From Collinsella aerofaciens (GTDB lineage: Bacteria; Actinomycetota; Coriobacteriia; Coriobacteriales; Coriobacteriaceae): a DNA stretch of 64,000 bases. Under the pieces are notes generated by a model. The model was not told the origin of the DNA. It did not search any database and was given only the letters and a program-made list of their open reading frames with translations. The translations under genes were made by a program, and so were the position numbers. Position 1 is the stretch's first letter, and each line of letters opens with the position of its first letter. Location of the stretch: assembly GCA_021639365.1 (NCBI GenBank), contig JAJXHK010000006.1, positions 5,797-69,796 of the forward strand. The letters are read 5' to 3'. Shown here in pieces: positions 58,554 to 64,000 of the stretch.

Positions 58554-59243
58554 CTAGTTTTGTTGGCGCCAACCTTTCTCAGCCGCCTCGATGGCGGCGC
58601 GCAGGTAATGAAACAGACCGGCGATCAGCACCGCGATGGACGCATAGCCTATCAACGAGCGAACGATCGACATACCGTAACCGGCAACCGCGAATTGAAC
58701 CTGGCCGAGAAGGTAGGCCCCGAAGCGCAGACTGACGAAGGAATACGCACCAAAGCAGGAAATGATCGCAAACAAGAACCGGACCGCCCAGATGACATGG
58801 TGACGTGCGCCCGGCGTGTTCCTCGCCCCTCCAATATGCATGAGCTTGCAAAAACCCTTGAGTTGAAGCCCAACATGGGCGAACGCGAGCACGAACCCCC
58901 AGTACGAGCACAGCATGTGGGCTCGGCGCGCGAGGGAGGCTCCCGGCAACACCGGCAGGAATCCAAAGACGAACTTCGAGAGCACAAGAGCGCTCGCCAC
59001 CTGTCCGGCAACGCATATGAGCAGACCCGCGATCACAGCGAGGCAGAATATGCGAACCGCATGGTAACGGCCACGAGCAAGGGCCTTAAACCAGCGTCTG
59101 TTTAAGGCCACATGGGTCACGACAGCAACGAACAAGCTCGCCCCTAGATACTCATGCGGCGCCTCCTGCACGAGGGCGGTTGCCATCACGGCGACAAACA
59201 GCCCTGCAAGCACGGTATCCACTACAACGCGAACTCTTCTCAT
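58554..59243 (-). CDS. DUF4405-like membrane protein
   Basis: About six TMs; His pairs PHEYLG...THVALN and RAHM...AHVGL. Confidence 0.72.
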   Translation of the reverse strand: MRRVRVVVDTVLAGLFVAVMATALVQEAPHEYLGASLFVAVVTHVALNRRWFKALARGRYHAVRIFCLAVIAGLLICVAGQVASALVLSKFVFGFLPVLPGASLARRAHMLCSYWGFVLAFAHVGLQLKGFCKLMHIGGARNTPGARHHVIWAVRFLFAIISCFGAYSFVSLRFGAYLLGQVQFAVAGYGMSIVRSLIGYASIAVLIAGLFHYLRAAIEAAEKGWRQQN

Positions 59244-59311
59244 GCCGTTCGCCCCTCGTAGAGAATCGGTCTGCAGTTCTTCACAAAAAACGGCCTTCCC
59301 TTGTACGTAAT

Positions 59312-59410
59312 GAAACGCTGGCTGCGATTGAGCACGTCGATGGCGGCCATCTCGTCTGCGGCCAGGCTGAACCCGAACACGTCGGCGTCCTCGCGGATAT
59401 GGTCGGGATT
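59312..59410 (-). pseudogene. C-terminal fragment of a second aldo/keto reductase
   Basis: Reads NPDHIREDADVFGFSLAADEMAAIDVLNRSQRF directly after the intact AKR stop; no start codon. Confidence 0.7.
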
Positions 59411-60273
59411 TAGTCCGCCGGCGTAAAGGCGCCCAGGTTCTTTTCCTGGTCCTCGAGCGACATGGTGAAGTAACGCACGCCCTTATCGAGCTCCTTGATT
59501 TGCATCATCTCGTCATCGGTCAGCGCAAAATCGAAGATCGCCATGTTGTCGGCGATGTGGGCCGGGCTCGTGGACTTCGGGAAGATGACGTTGCCCTCCT
59601 GGATGTGCCAGCGGAGGATGACCTGTGCGGGGGTCTTGCCGTACTTGGCGCCCAGCTCGGCGAACACGGGGTCCGCAAGCAGGGTCGCGTCGCCGTGCCC
59701 GAGCGGATACCAGCTCTCCAGCACCGTCCCATACTTCGCGATGCGCTCCTTCAGCTCATGCTGCTGGAAATAAGGGTGGCACTCCACCTGCAGCGCGGCG
59801 GGCTTGATGGTCGCGGCTTCGCAGACCTCTTCCAGGCGCTCGCTCTCAAAATTGGAGAGGCCGATGGAGCGCAGTTTGCCGGCGGCAACAGCGTCCTCCA
59901 TGTCAGCCCAGGCGCCCATGTAGTCGCCGAACTGCTGATGGAGCAGCAGCAGGTCGATGTGGTCGGTGCCCAGGCGAGCAAGCGTTTTATCGATTGCAGC
60001 GGCAGTCGCGCCACGCCCGTACTCGGAGGGCCAGAGCTTGGTCGTGATCCACACCTCGTCGCGGTCGATGCCGCTCTCGGCGATCGCCTTGCCCACGGAG
60101 CGCTCGTTCTGGTAGGCGTGGGCCGTGTCGATGTGGCGGTACCCCAGCCTCAGGGCCTCGGAGACCGCGTTCACGGTCTCGGGGCCCTCCGGCACCATGT
60201 ACACGCCCATGCCGAACTGCGGCATCTCGATCCCGTTGTTGAGCTTCACGTACGTCTGATTCTCAAGTGCCAT
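59410..60273 (-). CDS. Aldo/keto reductase
   Basis: LNNGIEMP.FG.G, GYRHIDTA..Y.NE, ITTKLW, DLLLLH, IGLSNF, IFPKS. Confidence 0.93.
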   Translation of the reverse strand: MALENQTYVKLNNGIEMPQFGMGVYMVPEGPETVNAVSEALRLGYRHIDTAHAYQNERSVGKAIAESGIDRDEVWITTKLWPSEYGRGATAAAIDKTLARLGTDHIDLLLLHQQFGDYMGAWADMEDAVAAGKLRSIGLSNFESERLEEVCEAATIKPAALQVECHPYFQQHELKERIAKYGTVLESWYPLGHGDATLLADPVFAELGAKYGKTPAQVILRWHIQEGNVIFPKSTSPAHIADNMAIFDFALTDDEMMQIKELDKGVRYFTMSLEDQEKNLGAFTPAD

Positions 60274-60393
60274 GTTTGCTTCCTTTCTTATCAACTATCC
60301 TTACGCCCATCTCCCAAAGGCGGAATCCGCGCATGGACGGGCGGTTTGGCTTCCTGTGCGATCCGAACGGGTCGGATCCACGCCGTTGCTTTG

Positions 60394-60906
60394 CTACGCC
60401 AAGCCCTTGGCCCAGGCGACCACCTTGTCGCGGGAGTCCGCCGCCCTGTTGCCGGTGACCGACAGGCCCTTTTCGACGGTCGCGCCCTTGCAGGCCCTCT
60501 TCAGGTCCCTCTCGCTCTCGCCCATGCCGGACCCCTCGTTTGTACAGAAGGGGATGACGCGCTTGCCCGTCAGGTCGAAGTGCTCCAGGAACGTGAACAC
60601 GCTCATCGGGCACGTTCCCCACCAGTTGGGATAGCCCACGAAGATCGTGTCGTAGGCGTCCAGGCTCTCGGGGTACTCCATAAGCTCGGGCCGGGCATCG
60701 GCCTGCAGCTCCGCCTTCGCCTCCTCGATGCACTCCATATAGCTTTCCGAGTAGTCCCCCGCGGTGCGGATCTCGAACAGGTCGCCGCCCGTGGCCTCCG
60801 CCACGAACTCGGCCACGCGCTCGGTGTTGCCCTTCGCGAGCACCTTGATATTGCCCGCCCAGTAGTTCTCCCCCTTGCGGGAGTAGTACGCGATGAGTGT
60901 CGCCAT
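60394..60906 (-). CDS. Flavodoxin (cytoplasmic)
   Basis: YYSRKGENY...GNT, GYPNWWG, PFCTNEGSG. Confidence 0.9.
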   Translation of the reverse strand: MATLIAYYSRKGENYWAGNIKVLAKGNTERVAEFVAEATGGDLFEIRTAGDYSESYMECIEEAKAELQADARPELMEYPESLDAYDTIFVGYPNWWGTCPMSVFTFLEHFDLTGKRVIPFCTNEGSGMGESERDLKRACKGATVEKGLSVTGNRAADSRDKVVAWAKGLA

Positions 60907-60963
60907 GGTTTTTCTCTCCTTAAAACGATTCGGCTGAACGACAGCCGCCTTTCGGCTCTATTG

Positions 60964-61650
60964 CTAACGCAGGCTCGCAAGCCAGGTGTCGATTTGCGAC
61001 TCCGCAGCGGCCCGATCTTCCTGCGCCGTGGTACCTGCCATACTCAGGCCGTCCGTTACGGTCGCGCCAGCGCATTTTCGAGCGACGGTGTCGAACATGC
61101 CAGCATCGCCGCTGCCCGCATGCGTGTTGAACGGGCAAATTGTCTTGCAGCCCCAATCAAGCGCCTCGATCGCCGCATACACCGGCATGGGCATATCGCC
61201 CCACCAACACGGAAAGCCGAGGTACACGGTGTCGTAGCCCGACAGGTCCGGCATCGACACCAACTCCGGGCGCGCATCGGAGTTCTTTTCCTCGAGCGCC
61301 TCGTCGCAGCACGCGTCATAGGCCTCGGGATAGGACTCAGCGCGCTCGATCTCGAACAGGTCGGCCCCAGTCTTCTCAGCGATTATTTGAGCGAGCACCA
61401 TGGTGTTGCCCACCTTCACCGTGCCCACGCCGCAGTTCTCGCCGGCGCGGGAGAACACGAGCACGAGTGGAGCGCCATTTTGGGTTGCCGGCGTCGCATC
61501 ACCCGAAGAGGCGCTGCCCGAAGACGCCGACGCTGCGGGCGACGTATCCGCCGCGTTTCTTCTTTCACCACAGCCCGCGAGCCCCGCCGTTGCACCAAGC
61601 GATGCAAATCCGGCGATTTGAAGAAACCTGCGTCGTGTCAAGATGTTCAC
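60964..61650 (-). CDS. Tat-exported flavodoxin lipoprotein
   Basis: TRRRFL...LAGC signal; FSRAGEN...GNT, GFPCWWG, PFNTHAGSG. GTG start at 61650. Confidence 0.82.
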   Translation of the reverse strand: MNILTRRRFLQIAGFASLGATAGLAGCGERRNAADTSPAASASSGSASSGDATPATQNGAPLVLVFSRAGENCGVGTVKVGNTMVLAQIIAEKTGADLFEIERAESYPEAYDACCDEALEEKNSDARPELVSMPDLSGYDTVYLGFPCWWGDMPMPVYAAIEALDWGCKTICPFNTHAGSGDAGMFDTVARKCAGATVTDGLSMAGTTAQEDRAAAESQIDTWLASLR

Positions 61651-61873
61651 GGCGCTCCCCTTCCCTCGTTTTGCCCATCGTTGCAACCCTTGTCGAAACA
61701 ATCCGCAGCGATGGTTAGCAATAACAACCTCGGAATATGCCACTATGGTTGCTTATTCCTTGTTATTGGCATAACATCATAAAACCCTGTATGCTGCAAT
61801 GGACTTTTATCTGCTAATCCGTTGCCTATGACTACACTTGGGCGAAATCAGTGGAATAAGAGAGGCGAAACCC

Positions 61874-62464
61874 ATGAACAAGCCATCAGGCGAACAGAGG
61901 AAAGTGGATCTACGCGTCGTGAAGACACTCGACGCAATCCGCACGAACTTCGAGCAGCTCGTCTGCGAGAACGGCTACCACAAGCTCACCGTCGCGCGCT
62001 TGTGCGAGTCCGCGCGCATCAATAAGAAGACGTTTTATCGCTACTACACTTGCCTCGACGACTTACTCGTCCAGGTACAGCGTGAGTTCGCAAGCGAGTA
62101 CGTTGAACTTACCCAACACTTAAGAATCCCCGAAGACGCCGGCGAGATAACCCGCCAGTTCATCCTCTATTCGTGCGAAACGGGCGAGCGGAGTCCTTTC
62201 TACGAGGCCGTGACCTGTGGTTCGGATTTCAGCAATATTCGGGCATCGATGATCGAGAAAGTCCTCGAATCGCGCCGCATCTCACCTAGCGGGTTCGGCG
62301 CGCTGTCTGCGGAAGAAACGTCCGTCGTCATTTCCTTCCTAGAGCAGACCGGCTTAACTGCCTATAGGCAATGGGTCGCGGACGGCAAACGGCTTCCGCC
62401 GGAAAAGCTGGCAAGTTTGACGGCAGACCTTGTAGAAGGTGCTTTGGAGCGTGTCCTTCGGTAA
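61874..62464 (+). CDS. TetR/AcrR family regulator
   Basis: DLRVVKT...LTVARLCESARINKKTFYRYY. Confidence 0.9.
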   Translation: MNKPSGEQRKVDLRVVKTLDAIRTNFEQLVCENGYHKLTVARLCESARINKKTFYRYYTCLDDLLVQVQREFASEYVELTQHLRIPEDAGEITRQFILYSCETGERSPFYEAVTCGSDFSNIRASMIEKVLESRRISPSGFGALSAEETSVVISFLEQTGLTAYRQWVADGKRLPPEKLASLTADLVEGALERVLR

Positions 62465-62618
62465 AAGAAGACATGAGCTACAACAACAGCCTTATCCCAT
62501 CCCCCCCCTCTCGTATCCATGGCCAGCGCATGCCATAGGGTTGGTGGTGGCTTTTTAGCTACCTCCAGGTGCCGGGGAAGTCCCGCGGCTATTCTATCTA
62601 TTCCATTAGGAGTCCTCA

Positions 62619-62696
62619 TTTGCCAAGGAACTCAGTATCTTCGTCGACGAGAGCGGCGACCGTGGCGGAGAGGCTCAATGGCATTTGCTCACACTC
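62619..62696 (+). pseudogene. N-terminal fragment of a DUF3800-like gene
   Basis: After RBS AGGAG: KELSIFVDESGDRGGEAQWHLLTL (DESG motif). No valid start codon; truncated at the long hairpin. Confidence 0.6.
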
Positions 62697-62699
62697 GAA

Positions 62700-62767
62700 A
62701 TGAGAGCGGATAATCTCCCACTTTGAGCCTTACCTGGGACTCAAAGTGGGAGATTATCCACTCTCAT
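62700..62767. repeat. Long hairpin (28-bp arms, 1 mismatch)
   Basis: ATGAGAGCGGATAATCTCCCACTTTGAG ... CTCAAAGTGGGAGATTATCCACTCTCAT. Confidence 0.85.
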
Positions 62768-62874
62768 CCATCAAACGTCCGAAAATCCACGCTCGTGTGT
62801 CCAGATTTCCACGCTCGTGCTGCACGCTCGCGGAGCATCGCGGGCGTTGATTAGGACTGATGCGAATCGCGGCA

Positions 62875-62991
62875 TGAAGCCGTAAGGGTTGCCCAGAGGT
62901 TGCCCGAGGACAGCAAAAGAAAAGCCCCCGACCCGTTTTCGCAGGTCAGGGGCTTGAAATCGCCTAATATGGACTACTCCCATTCGATGGC
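62875..62991 (-). mobile_element. att-like junction: guaA end plus conserved arm
   Basis: Reverse strand GCC ATC GAA TGG GAG TAG (AIEWE*), the same hairpin as at 58446-58552, and tandem GGGCAACC repeats. Confidence 0.75.
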
Positions 62992-63443
62992 GTCGGTTCT
63001 GCCGTCCCGTCACTCCAGTTACACCCAGTTTTCGGCATCGACACGGAACGCGTGCCGCCGAATGACGCGATGTCTCGTTTCGTCGGCTTCGGGGACAAAA
63101 GCTGGGACAACCTCAAAAACTTTTTTCAAACTCAGGGCTTTGAGTTTTTGTTTTTGTCCCAAAGTGCGCGGCGGGTCGCCTTTGGAGGCTCGATGGCGCC
63201 GAAAACGCCCGTTTTGAAACTCAACCGCCCTTTTGCCCGCAAGCCGCCAGCTGCAATCGCAAGTGAATTAACGCGGGTGGCTTGCGCGCCATTTGCAAAA
63301 CCCCAGGTCGCAGGTCTTCGCCATTCGTGAACAAAGTGAGTAGTCTCAGGTGGCTTGCTTATGAGTTGGCGAACGGGCCTTCAGGATTCAGGGCAAACAT
63401 GCTGGTAGAATAGGATTCTCAAATCAATGACAGGAGACCGAGC

Positions 63444-64000
63444 ATGGCCGAACCCCACGATAGGAAGCCGATCCTCACGATCGAGCAGCAGATAGAGCAC
63501 CTCAAGCAGAAGGGCGTAGCCTTCGAACTGTGTTCCGAGGAAGAGGCCGCGGACTACCTGCGCGACAAGTGCAACTTCTTCAAGCTCGCATCCTACCGCA
63601 AACTCTTCTCGAAATACGAGGGAGGCCCGCGCGACGGCCGCTACGTAGACCTCGACTTCGGCCAGCTGCGCCTGCTCGCGGCGCTCGACCAGGAGCTGCG
63701 CCACGCCCTGCTCGGCATGACGCTCGACATCGAGCATTTCCAGAAGGTGACACTGCTTCGCGAGATGGAGGACCGTGGAGAGGACGGCTACGCCATCGTG
63801 GCCGACTACATGGCATCGCTTACCACTGCAAACAGGGAGTACCGCCTGCGCGAGCTCAAGATGAGCGGCCGCAGCCCCTACAGCTCGAGCCTCTACGCGA
63901 AGTACTCCGGCGACATGCCTGCCTGGGCCTTCCTTGAGCTCACCTCGTTCGGCACCCTCATCGACTTCGTGCGCTTCTGCGCCAGGCGATGGGGCGACAG
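63444..64000 (+). CDS. Abi family protein (AbiD/AbiF-like), partial
   Basis: KPILTIEQQIEHLKQKG...AADYL...FKLASY...DF..L..LDQELR...DIEH...PAWAFLELTSFG. RBS AGGAG; open to the window end, so absent from the ORF track. Confidence 0.85.
   Translation, partial: MAEPHDRKPILTIEQQIEHLKQKGVAFELCSEEEAADYLRDKCNFFKLASYRKLFSKYEGGPRDGRYVDLDFGQLRLLAALDQELRHALLGMTLDIEHFQKVTLLREMEDRGEDGYAIVADYMASLTTANREYRLRELKMSGRSPYSSSLYAKYSGDMPAWAFLELTSFGTLIDFVRFCARRWGD

Noticed and set aside
59500..61782. 760-aa plus-strand ORF, and similar long ORFs at 4765-6012, 6665-8275, 20971-22284 and 36543-38045
   Set aside because: Antisense shadows of well-supported genes in GC-rich DNA; no recognisable motifs.

Overview
GC-rich (about 60%) bacterial chromosome segment. 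Gene content and codon style suggest a gut coriobacterium such as Collinsella (inference). It is mostly accessory DNA; I found no rRNA, tRNA or CRISPR array. Main content in order: two hybrid sensor kinases, malY/patB and trmO; a 2.1-kb cassette bounded by direct repeats (DUF1016N-like fusion gene behind a LexA-type box, plus a toxin-antitoxin pair); an ACGX-type RiPP-like locus (77-aa Cys-repeat peptide, flavin-binding/ferredoxin fusion, radical SAM/SPASM enzyme, divergent HxlR regulator); a Zn-macrodomain/class-M sirtuin pair; a fused ABC exporter; a CXXC-peptide/4Fe-4S/TlpA redox module with its two-component system; a large Tat- and sortase-signal surface protein; a divergent type IIA topoisomerase operon behind a perfect SOS box; a 14.7-kb beta-glucoside PTS island bracketed by a duplicated flavodoxin-gene 3' end; a flavodoxin/AKR/DUF4405 module; and a partial Abi gene. 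Three remnants of the guaA 3' end (27055, 58535, 62974), missed by the ORF track, suggest the right half is a tandem stack of elements integrated at guaA. Several families of GGGAC/GTCCC palindromic (REP-like) repeats punctuate the left half. All calls come from reading motifs by eye; no searches were run.
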